This document shows positions 56,817 to 64,000 of a DNA stretch of 64,000 nucleotides, one piece after another. Position numbers and translations under genes: made by a program. The stretch is from Alphaproteobacteria bacterium. GTDB taxonomy: Bacteria; Pseudomonadota; Alphaproteobacteria; CACIAM-22H2. The DNA is taken from positions 2,231-66,230 of the forward strand of contig DASWFO010000245.1 of the NCBI GenBank assembly GCA_036394195.1. The letters run 5' to 3'. Below the pieces are notes generated by a model. That model was not told the origin of the DNA and did no database searches. It was given only the letters and a program-made list of their open reading frames with translations. The first letter of the stretch is position 1. The number at the start of each line of letters is the position of its first letter.

Positions 56817-57824
56817 TCATTTCATGAGACGGTAAATCAACGACGTCAGGCGTGTTGCGTCAGACGCGATGCCTGTGAGGACCGCGCATGGCAGGACCGC
56901 GAACATGAGCGCCCACGCCGTCGCTGCGAGCCGTTTCCGCACGCTGTAGGCCGGCCATCGCCACACCGCATTGATATAGCGAATCGCCAGCCTGGCTACC
57001 GAATCATCGCTGCTGATCCGCCGGTCCGGCAGCAGCTTCGCCAAAGTGAGCCGCTGCCGCAGATGATGCGGCCAGGCAGCAACCGCCAGAGCTGCGCGTC
57101 CCTTACGCCGGCGTAAAACGGCATTGACCAGCTCCACGACCTCCAGGTCATCGGCCAATTTGTCCGCTAAGGTGGACGGATCGTGTTTTGACATATTGCG
57201 ACCATGGCGACGCCACGCCGCGCAAGGCGTAGCAATCGCACGTACTTCGCCGTGTAATGCAGCCATCGCGATCTGATACGTGTCGGCGCCCTGCCTGAAC
57301 TGTGGCTCAGGAATCGGCGGGATCCGATCAAGCACACGGCGAGAATAAGCATTCCCGGACGTCGGCGGTGACGGGTAGAACCCGAACTGACGCAACAGGC
57401 CGGTCATATCACCCGATCCCAGGCGCGCGGCCATGATTTCGCCCGTCTGCCGCCCGTCTGCATCGATGATATCGAGCGGGTAATGAACCTTCGCGACCTT
57501 GGGCCCGAACGCTTCTACGATTCGAGACGCTGCATCGGGATACAAGTAATCGTCTGCATCGAGGAACACGACGATGTCACCGCTGCAGTGCCGGAAACCG
57601 GCATTTCGCGCCGAGGCCTCCCCGCCGTTTGTTTTACGCACGACAGTGATCTTGGATTGGTAGTGGTCGAGGATCCACGGCGACCCGTCTGTAGAGCCGT
57701 CATCGACGACCACAACCTCGACATCAGCGTAATCCTGAGCCAGGGCGCTCTCGATCGCTTGCGGGAGGTACCGCTCGTAATTGTAGTTTGTAATGACTAT
57801 CGAGCACTTCGGCGGCGATGGCAT
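56817..57824 (-). CDS. glycosyltransferase family 2
   Basis: CSIVITNYNYERYLPQAIESALAQDY..VEVVVVDDGSTDGS...FLDADD (DxD). Start taken at ATG 57824; an upstream ATG at 57935 is possible. Confidence 0.8.
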   Translation of the reverse strand: MPSPPKCSIVITNYNYERYLPQAIESALAQDYADVEVVVVDDGSTDGSPWILDHYQSKITVVRKTNGGEASARNAGFRHCSGDIVVFLDADDYLYPDAASRIVEAFGPKVAKVHYPLDIIDADGRQTGEIMAARLGSGDMTGLLRQFGFYPSPPTSGNAYSRRVLDRIPPIPEPQFRQGADTYQIAMAALHGEVRAIATPCAAWRRHGRNMSKHDPSTLADKLADDLEVVELVNAVLRRRKGRAALAVAAWPHHLRQRLTLAKLLPDRRISSDDSVARLAIRYINAVWRWPAYSVRKRLAATAWALMFAVLPCAVLTGIASDATRLTSLIYRLMK

Positions 57825-57943
57825 GATGTGCAGCCCCTGCAGTGCACTCAATTTCACGCGAACACATCGATCGACCTGGCGTTCGGTCGAACGGGCCAGG
57901 GCATGCGTAACGAGCCCGCTATAGGTCACGTCCATTCGTCCGT

Positions 57944-59077
57944 CTAGCACGCAGATGGGCCGTCGTGAGTCCAATAGACTTCCAGCGGCGCAAAGGTTTT
58001 CGTGCCAAGGCCGGGGAGTTGCGCGATGAGCGATCTCCCGGTGGGATTGACCGCAACGACGGTCGTTCGGCAATGCGTCTTGATAGTGACCGCGTTGACG
58101 CTCGAGGCGGTGTTGGCGGCCGCCACAGCGCCCTCGACATAATGCGCAAGCATATATTTGAGCTCTGCAACCAGGGTCGGCATATAAGCCAGCAGCGTCG
58201 GGGCAAATGCGAAGCCCTTGAAGCCGGAATAGTTGTCGTCGAGTGCATAGATAAAAATGCCTCTCGCGCCGTGGTTCAACGCCAGATACGCCATAGCCCG
58301 CAGCTCCTGCGGCGTTGGATAGCGGCCCGACTGCGGATAGGCGCTATCGGGCGGAATGGAATGCGCCTGTGCCGCAAACATGACCGGCACATTCGGACCG
58401 ACGGAGCTCACGTTCGCATCGACATGTGCGCCGATTGAGTTTTCAAGATTGTCGGTCGGCGGATGACCGTACTGATAGCCGGGCCAGCGCACGGGATAAT
58501 CGTCGAGCCCGATGACGTCGGGAAGTGCGTTCATGCCATTGCGAACGTTCCCATCACGGTCGCCCATGATGAATGTCGGATGGTGCGGATCATTCGCTTT
58601 TATCGTGGCGATGGCCGATTTGACGACGGACAGCGTCGCATTCGGGGAGTACTGCGGCTCGTCTATGACGTAACTGAGAAACGCCGGAAGGCGCGAGAGA
58701 TCGCGGGCGATGGTGTCGACGCCGGCGCTTGCTCCGCTGCGGACGTAATCGCTGTACTCGAAGCTGTTCAGCACTCCGCTTTCGCCCATCGTGAGAAATT
58801 TGTCTTTGAGGGCGGCCGCCGATTCAGGTGCGGGGCGAGGGCCGTCCCCCATCACGCAGTTGAACCCCATCTCAGCCGCCTGCTGCCAGGCGTTCGCGTG
58901 ATGGAGGCAGACCGGGTAAAACGACTTGCCATCCACCAGAAAGTCTTTGTGGTTCCCAATCGTGACCGTGTTGGACTGCGCGGCGCGGCCGCCGGCCATC
59001 AGCAGCGCACAAATGCCTATGCCGCAGATGCGTCCGATCACCGCGAGAGCATGATTTTTTCCACGTGACGTACGCAT
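57944..59077 (-). CDS. secreted protein, possible clan GH-A-like glycoside hydrolase (candidate glycanase)
   Basis: 377 aa; signal-peptide-like N-terminus (ALAVIGRICGIGICALLMAGGRAAQS). GKSFYPVCLHHANAWQQAAEMGFNCVM and YVIDEPQY (reminiscent of the NEP acid/base motif) suggest a TIM-barrel hydrolase. Family not recognised. Confidence 0.4.
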   Translation of the reverse strand: MRTSRGKNHALAVIGRICGIGICALLMAGGRAAQSNTVTIGNHKDFLVDGKSFYPVCLHHANAWQQAAEMGFNCVMGDGPRPAPESAAALKDKFLTMGESGVLNSFEYSDYVRSGASAGVDTIARDLSRLPAFLSYVIDEPQYSPNATLSVVKSAIATIKANDPHHPTFIMGDRDGNVRNGMNALPDVIGLDDYPVRWPGYQYGHPPTDNLENSIGAHVDANVSSVGPNVPVMFAAQAHSIPPDSAYPQSGRYPTPQELRAMAYLALNHGARGIFIYALDDNYSGFKGFAFAPTLLAYMPTLVAELKYMLAHYVEGAVAAANTASSVNAVTIKTHCRTTVVAVNPTGRSLIAQLPGLGTKTFAPLEVYWTHDGPSAC

Positions 59078-59142
59078 GATGATGGTTCCGCTGTGCTACG
59101 GACGAGATAGGAGCGGCGATCGGCTTGAGGACGGCACCGTTC

Positions 59143-60105
59143 TCATGCAACGAGGCTTTCTGAGACGGATCGCGGTCTGGCGGCCGGCGCATCGCCGAGC
59201 AACGAAGAGAGGCCGGCCCGCAGGCTTGTCCGGGCGCGGAAGCCGAGACGCGTTTCCGCAAGCGACGGATCGCCGATCGAGACGTGGATGTCGCCCGGCC
59301 TTCGTTCGGCGAATCTCACCGCCGTGCGAGCGCCAAGCTTTTCGTCGATCATGACCACGAGGTCCAGCAATGACGTGCCGCGGCCCGTGCATATGTTCAT
59401 GATCTCGGCCCGCTCGCCGCACCGGCTCATCGCGGCGATGACGCCGCGGACCACGTCCTGCACGTAGACAAAGTCTCTGGTCTGCGTTCCGTCACCAAAG
59501 ATCGTGATCGGCTCTTTCGAACGGGCGTGCCGGCAAAATATCGAAATGACGCCGGAATACGGCGAGTGGGGATCCTGCCTCGGGCCGTACACGTTAAAAA
59601 AGCGAAGCCCGCATGTCGGCAGGCCGTGGATGGGAAACGCCGTGGAGGCATGCAGCTCGCATCCGAGCTTGTCGACGCCATAGGGCGATTCCGGGCAGGT
59701 GCGGGCGGATTCACGGAGCGGCGGATCCGAGTTCCTGCCGTAAACGGCGGCGGACGACGCGTAGACGACGGGGATAGGTCCGCCATTCTTCGCCGAGCGG
59801 GCGGCGGCGAATACCGTGATCGTCCCCGTCAGATTGGTGTGGTGCGCGTCGATCCAATTTCGGTTGCAGCGCTCGACCGAGGAGACGGCTGCGAAGTGAA
59901 ACACGCCATCCGCACCTCTCATCGCAGCTTCGACGGTTGCGAAGTCGGTGACGTCACCGACGATCAGCTCGGCACTCACGGGTTTGTTTCGAAGCGCTCC
60001 CGATGACAAGTCGTCCAAAATCCGGACCTCGTGTCCCGCCGCGAGGAGCATGTCGGCGCTGTGAGATCCTATGAAGCCGCAGCCGCCGGTGACGAGGTAT
60101 CGCAT
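59143..60105 (-). CDS. NAD-dependent nucleotide-sugar epimerase/dehydratase (extended SDR)
   Basis: 320 aa; VTGGCGFIGSH Rossmann motif and catalytic YGVDK (YxxxK). Confidence 0.88.
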   Translation of the reverse strand: MRYLVTGGCGFIGSHSADMLLAAGHEVRILDDLSSGALRNKPVSAELIVGDVTDFATVEAAMRGADGVFHFAAVSSVERCNRNWIDAHHTNLTGTITVFAAARSAKNGGPIPVVYASSAAVYGRNSDPPLRESARTCPESPYGVDKLGCELHASTAFPIHGLPTCGLRFFNVYGPRQDPHSPYSGVISIFCRHARSKEPITIFGDGTQTRDFVYVQDVVRGVIAAMSRCGERAEIMNICTGRGTSLLDLVVMIDEKLGARTAVRFAERRPGDIHVSIGDPSLAETRLGFRARTSLRAGLSSLLGDAPAARPRSVSESLVA

Positions 60106-60334
60106 CGCTCGCTGCCCTTCTTATCGCACCGCCGTTCCACCAGGTTCGGGGGGTCATACGCGAGGCTGCATGTGACGCGACCCAGCGGCAATGACGACGG
60201 ACGTCCCTCATTCTTTGGCAGGGTTCGGCCTAGGTCGAATGGCGGAGACCGATGCCGGACGGGCCGCGTCCGGCGTCCTGGCCTAGGCCCAGACGAGCGC
60301 CTTCCACCGCCCGAGAAACGGATGTTCGACTGGG

Positions 60335-61234
60335 CTATGTTAAAGAGCCGGTCAGTCCGCGGCTTCTGCGCTGCCGTTCCTTCACCGACGGCGGGATATC
60401 TTCGACCCGCTCAAAAAACTTGTAGAACGCCAAAGCCTTCTGTTCCCGCTCCGTCCCGGCAAAATAATATCGCGTGAACAGCTCGGTTTCGACGTTGAGA
60501 AGATAAGCAATGTGCAGGATAGCTGTGTCAAAGCAGAATACCCGGTGGATGTTCGGGGCCGCCAGGAGGTGAACCAGGTCTTGCACCGTCGTGCGGCCAC
60601 GCAGGTCGTGATCCACAAGGCTCGAATAATCGCGACCATCTCGCTCGCGGTCGCGCGTCGTACCGACATGGACAACGGCTCCGCCCGTTGTCTCCTTCAG
60701 ATGTGCAGCTCGCCGCAGCATAGCGCGTTCCCGCCACGGCAGCTTTCGATGCAGCCCGGAGTCGATGTAGTTCGATAAGACGATCAGTGGCCGGGTCTCC
60801 GGCAGACAGAACTTTGCGAGAACTGCGTCGGGAAAGAGCGCAAATGGCAGAATGCGCGTCCTGTCAATCCGGCGTCCGACTTCGGGGACATCAAACCAGT
60901 CCGCGAACGCCTCGATGAAGAAGTTTGCGATCGGCCGACGGATCGCCCGCGATGCCATGTAGAAGACAAAATAATCTGCGGCCGGCCCGTACAATCCCAA
61001 CGCGGCGCGCAGGACTTCATGCCGCGAAACGACGAGAGCACCGGGTTGAGGGCGGCTTTCCGCGCGGCGCACATCGCCAAATAGAAAACCGAGCTGGCGT
61101 GCGTGCGTCATGCTGACGTCGAACCCGGCTTCCTTCAAGTGCTGCACGAATGGGCGGAAAAAGATCTGATCGCCCACATGGATCAGGGGGTGATCCAGAT
61201 GAAGGATGACCGGCCGCCGACGATCCAGTTGCAT
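60335..61234 (-). CDS. GT-B fold protein, glycosyltransferase family 9 (heptosyltransferase)-like
   Basis: Trimmed to ATG at 61234 (alternative TTG at 61342 after AGGAGGGAG). ILHLDHPLIHVGDQIFFRPFVQHLKEAGFDV and GRTTVQDLVHLLAAPNIHRVFCFDTAILHIAYLL parallel GT9 N- and C-terminal motifs. The track ORF's 5-prime 200 nt overlaps the upstream gene. Confidence 0.45.
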   Translation of the reverse strand: MQLDRRRPVILHLDHPLIHVGDQIFFRPFVQHLKEAGFDVSMTHARQLGFLFGDVRRAESRPQPGALVVSRHEVLRAALGLYGPAADYFVFYMASRAIRRPIANFFIEAFADWFDVPEVGRRIDRTRILPFALFPDAVLAKFCLPETRPLIVLSNYIDSGLHRKLPWRERAMLRRAAHLKETTGGAVVHVGTTRDRERDGRDYSSLVDHDLRGRTTVQDLVHLLAAPNIHRVFCFDTAILHIAYLLNVETELFTRYYFAGTEREQKALAFYKFFERVEDIPPSVKERQRRSRGLTGSLT

Positions 61235-61362
61235 TCGAGCGGCGGTCGTGAAAACCGCACCATTGAACGCACGCAGGCCCGGAACGCCGACATGCCCGAA
61301 ACGAGTGAGAGCCTTGTTCCAGTAGTGTTCTGTGCGGTTCAACGGTAACAGCTCCCTCCTCG

Positions 61363-62763
61363 TCAGCGGGCGCCCTCTCCGAGCAGAACGACGCGCGCCG
61401 TTCTCATGACGACGAAGAGGTCGAGGAGGACCCCGGCGCGTTCGACATAGAAGAGGTCGAATGCGAGCTTTCGCTTGGCATCCTCGATCGAGGCGCCATA
61501 GGGGTAATTGATCTGGGCCCAGCCTGTCAGACCCGGCTTGACGGCGTGGCGAATGCGATAGCACGGCACGCGGGCGGTCAGTATCTCGACGAATTCGGGT
61601 CTCTCGGGGCGTGGACCGACGAAACTCATGTCGCCTCGGAGGATGTTGAACAGCTGCGGCAGCTCATCGAGATGGAAGTGGCGCAGCCAGTGGCCGACGC
61701 GGGTCGCGCGAGGATCTCGCTGCGAGGCCCATTGGGGCGCCTGGCTCACCTCCGCATCGATACGCATGCTCCTGAATTTGTAGATGACGAACGGCCTGCC
61801 ATTCAGGCCGACGCGGGTTTGGCGGTACAGGATCGGCCCCGGTGAGCTCAGTTTCACGGCAACGGCGATGGCGACAAGCATCGGAGCCGCCAACAGAAAC
61901 AGGGAGGCCGCAATCGCGAGGTCGACCACGCGCTTCGTGAGCAGCCACATCACGCTGCGCTTCAAGGAGCAATGGAAAGCCCAGTGGGCCTCATAGCCGT
62001 CGGATGGTTCGATTGCCCGCATTTGCCTCTGCAGGAACGCGTCGGCGCTCGCCACGTCGCAGCCGCGAAGTTTCAGTTCGGAGGCGATCACACGGAGCCA
62101 AGCATCGCCGGCCGCCGGCGCCATGATGACGCATGCCGCGTTGTGGCGCTTTGCGAACTGAAGGAGCGCTTCCACGTGCTCGCGAACGACTAGGTCGCGC
62201 GGGGAGGCGTCGCCGCTTGGAAGAGGCCGCGGCAGCTGGGCACGGGCGATGTAGAAAAACGTGCCGAGCCTGCCTTCCAGATCGGCAATCCAGCGATCGA
62301 TAACCGCGTCATCTCCCGCTACGACGAGAACCGGACGGGCTGAAACTCGCGATCGGCCGCTGAGGCTATCGCGCGCAATACTCCTTCCCAAAAACAGCCA
62401 ATGAAGCGCTGCCCCACCGGTCACAGAGATCGCGCATGTGAACCCGACGTAAGTCCAGAATGCCGGGGCGGCCCAAGAGCCCGCGCTCAGCAGAATCGCG
62501 CCACCATATAGACTCACCAAGCGACCCACGACGGTCGGCCAGTGATATCGGCGGCTGGCGTAGGCGCCCATCAGGTAAAGGAGACCCAGGCAAACGAGTT
62601 GGATGCAGACGAGAAGTGTCGCCGTGTGACTGTCTATGATCAGAAGCGACGTTCCCGCACCTAGCGACCAGGCGAGCGCTGCGACGGTGGTGATCAGCAG
62701 CCCGTCCAGGGTGGCGGCGGCCCGGCTGATCTGCTCGTCGAACGTCTGAAAGATCGCTCCCAT
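61363..62763 (-). CDS. polyprenyl-phosphate hexose-1-phosphate transferase (WbaP/ExoY-type priming enzyme, long form)
   Basis: 466 aa; N-terminal TM helices, central domain and C-terminal bacterial sugar transferase core (KRVVDLAIAASLFLLAAPMLV...PILYRQTRVGLNGRPFVIYKFRSM...GPRPERPEFV). GGGAGG RBS. Confidence 0.88.
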   Translation of the reverse strand: MGAIFQTFDEQISRAAATLDGLLITTVAALAWSLGAGTSLLIIDSHTATLLVCIQLVCLGLLYLMGAYASRRYHWPTVVGRLVSLYGGAILLSAGSWAAPAFWTYVGFTCAISVTGGAALHWLFLGRSIARDSLSGRSRVSARPVLVVAGDDAVIDRWIADLEGRLGTFFYIARAQLPRPLPSGDASPRDLVVREHVEALLQFAKRHNAACVIMAPAAGDAWLRVIASELKLRGCDVASADAFLQRQMRAIEPSDGYEAHWAFHCSLKRSVMWLLTKRVVDLAIAASLFLLAAPMLVAIAVAVKLSSPGPILYRQTRVGLNGRPFVIYKFRSMRIDAEVSQAPQWASQRDPRATRVGHWLRHFHLDELPQLFNILRGDMSFVGPRPERPEFVEILTARVPCYRIRHAVKPGLTGWAQINYPYGASIEDAKRKLAFDLFYVERAGVLLDLFVVMRTARVVLLGEGAR

Positions 62764-62889
62764 CTGCCGGCCTCCCAGATGGCATACCTCCAGGTGTTCT
62801 GATTCTTCGGTATGCCGATCCTACGCTGCAGACCGCGGGTCCGGCGTGCAACGCCAACTGAGGTCTTTCGTCCCTTCGCCGGAGCCGAC

Positions 62890-63438
62890 CTAGGCCGAAG
62901 GGCTGATGAGAGGGTCAAGGAGATCCTTTTCGAATTCGAAGCGCCGGATGCCGCCGCCGATGGTCTTGTTGCTGGGTGCCGGCACAACCACCTCTCGCAG
63001 CAGCCGGTAGCCGGCCGACGTGTAGAGAGCGATGGCGGCACTCTGCAGCTCAGACGTGCTGAGGACGATCCTGGACGCACCCTGAAGCCGACAGGTCCTT
63101 TCGGCGTGCGCCAGCAACACCGCGCCCAGGCCTTGCCGCCGACGCTCGGGGTGCACATACATCCGGCGCACCTCGATCGCACGAGGCCCGGCGGCTTCCA
63201 GCCCGACGGTGCCGACGATGCTTGGGCCGTCAACCGCCACCCAGAAGCTGCTCCCCCGCGCCGGATCGTAATACTCGCCGATTCGGTCGATTTCCTCGCG
63301 CAGCGCAAGGTCGATATAAGCCGTGAAGCGCTCCCGCAACGCGGCGGGCGCCAGCTCGCGATTGATGCCGATAAACAGCTCTCGGACCTGGCTCCGATCG
63401 CCGTCTTCATAGCGTCTGATGAACCCGCTCCAGGGCAT
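62890..63438 (-). CDS. GNAT family N-acetyltransferase
   Basis: 182 aa; acetyl-CoA motif A: RRMYVHPERRRQGLGAVLLAHAE. High GC like the core genome; same strand as, and upstream of, the priming transferase. Confidence 0.85.
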   Translation of the reverse strand: MPWSGFIRRYEDGDRSQVRELFIGINRELAPAALRERFTAYIDLALREEIDRIGEYYDPARGSSFWVAVDGPSIVGTVGLEAAGPRAIEVRRMYVHPERRRQGLGAVLLAHAERTCRLQGASRIVLSTSELQSAAIALYTSAGYRLLREVVVPAPSNKTIGGGIRRFEFEKDLLDPLISPSA

Positions 63439-63580
63439 CGGTGGCCGATCTTAAGCGTCGGCACCGCTAAGAGGTAAAGCATCTTAATTGACCGGGCTGG
63501 AGCCGGGTCTCAGCCTAGCCGCAAGCCCGGCGATCGGCTAAATTCCGCGCGCCTCGCCACCATCTGGGACCTGGAGTCGC

Positions 63581-64000
63581 ATGAGCGCCAAGCCGGACAG
63601 CGCCAAACCGGAACCTGCCAAAGAGCGGGCGCGCGCCGACGCCACCGCAGCGGCCACCACCCTGGTCGAGGCCCTGCCGTACATGAAGCGCTACGCGCGG
63701 CAGACGGTGGTCGTCAAATACGGCGGCCATGCCATGGGCGACCAGGCGACGGCCACCAATTTCGCGCGCGACATCGCGCTCCTGAAGCAGGTTGGCGTCA
63801 ATCCGGTGGTGGTGCATGGCGGCGGGCCGCAGATTGGCCAGATGCTCGAGAGGCTCAAGATCAAGAGCTCGTTCGTCGACGGCCTCAGGGTCACCGACGC
63901 GGCGACGGTCGAGATCGTCGAGATGGTCCTGTCCGGCTCGATCAACAAGGAAATTGTCGCCGCGATTAATGCCGCCGGGGGCCGCGCCGTCGGCCTGTCG
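63581..64000 (+). CDS. argB: acetylglutamate kinase, N-terminal 140 codons (runs off the right edge)
   Basis: Own translation from ATG at 63581: [10 protein letters not shown]...[27 protein letters not shown]...[16 protein letters not shown]...FVDGLRVTD. Open at the window edge, so absent from the track. Confidence 0.9.
   Translation, partial: MSAKPDSAKPEPAKERARADATAAATTLVEALPYMKRYARQTVVVKYGGHAMGDQATATNFARDIALLKQVGVNPVVVHGGGPQIGQMLERLKIKSSFVDGLRVTDAATVEIVEMVLSGSINKEIVAAINAAGGRAVGLS

Larger units (their letters stand above)
47216..62763. other. lower-GC Wzx/Wzy-dependent surface polysaccharide biosynthesis locus (genomic-island-like)
   Basis: Contiguous polysaccharide genes, listed individually below. 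Hand-counted GC of sampled 60-nt lines is ~53-58% inside (lines 47461, 47881, 51661, 62401) and ~67-75% in the flanks (46441, 47041, 63001). Confidence 0.75.

Overview
High-GC alphaproteobacterial chromosome segment. The REP-like intergenic hairpin families and gene order suggest a Bradyrhizobium/Rhodopseudomonas/Afipia-type genome, but that is inference, not a search result. I support about 60 protein genes and one tRNA-Arg(ACG); there is no rRNA, CRISPR array, IS element or integrase. Positions 1 to ~47.2 kb are mostly housekeeping: coxB (partial), tldD, amn, uppP, gshA-rsmE, ubiA, ubiD, trxC, pmbA, rnhB-ccrM, gpt, ggt-rlmI, tam, a TVP38/disulfide-reductase/histidine-kinase operon, and rpmH-rnpA-yidD-yidC-engB. 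These are interspersed with orphan solute-binding proteins and small envelope proteins. Positions ~47.2-62.8 kb are the accessory part: a lower-GC ~15.6 kb Wzx/Wzy-type surface-polysaccharide locus. It encodes a MarR-like regulator, an ExoP/Wzc-like co-polymerase, GT4, Wzy, an embedded pseudo-receiver LuxR regulator, Wzx, two FkbM methyltransferases, GT2, a secreted hydrolase-like protein, an SDR epimerase, a GT9-like protein and a priming phosphotransferase. It lies between engB and GNAT/argB (partial at the right edge) and has no mobility genes at its borders. This locus, with its regulator content and its missing export components, is the best candidate for something not yet described. Smaller oddities: a GANTC cluster at ccrM, a 20-bp perfect palindrome at rpiR, a triple tandem terminator, an untracked 57-codon ORF with a strong Shine-Dalgarno, a degenerate gene-tail duplication and modular REP elements. 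Many long ORFs in the track are antisense shadows typical of high-GC DNA and were rejected. All family calls come from reading the translations; no database was queried.
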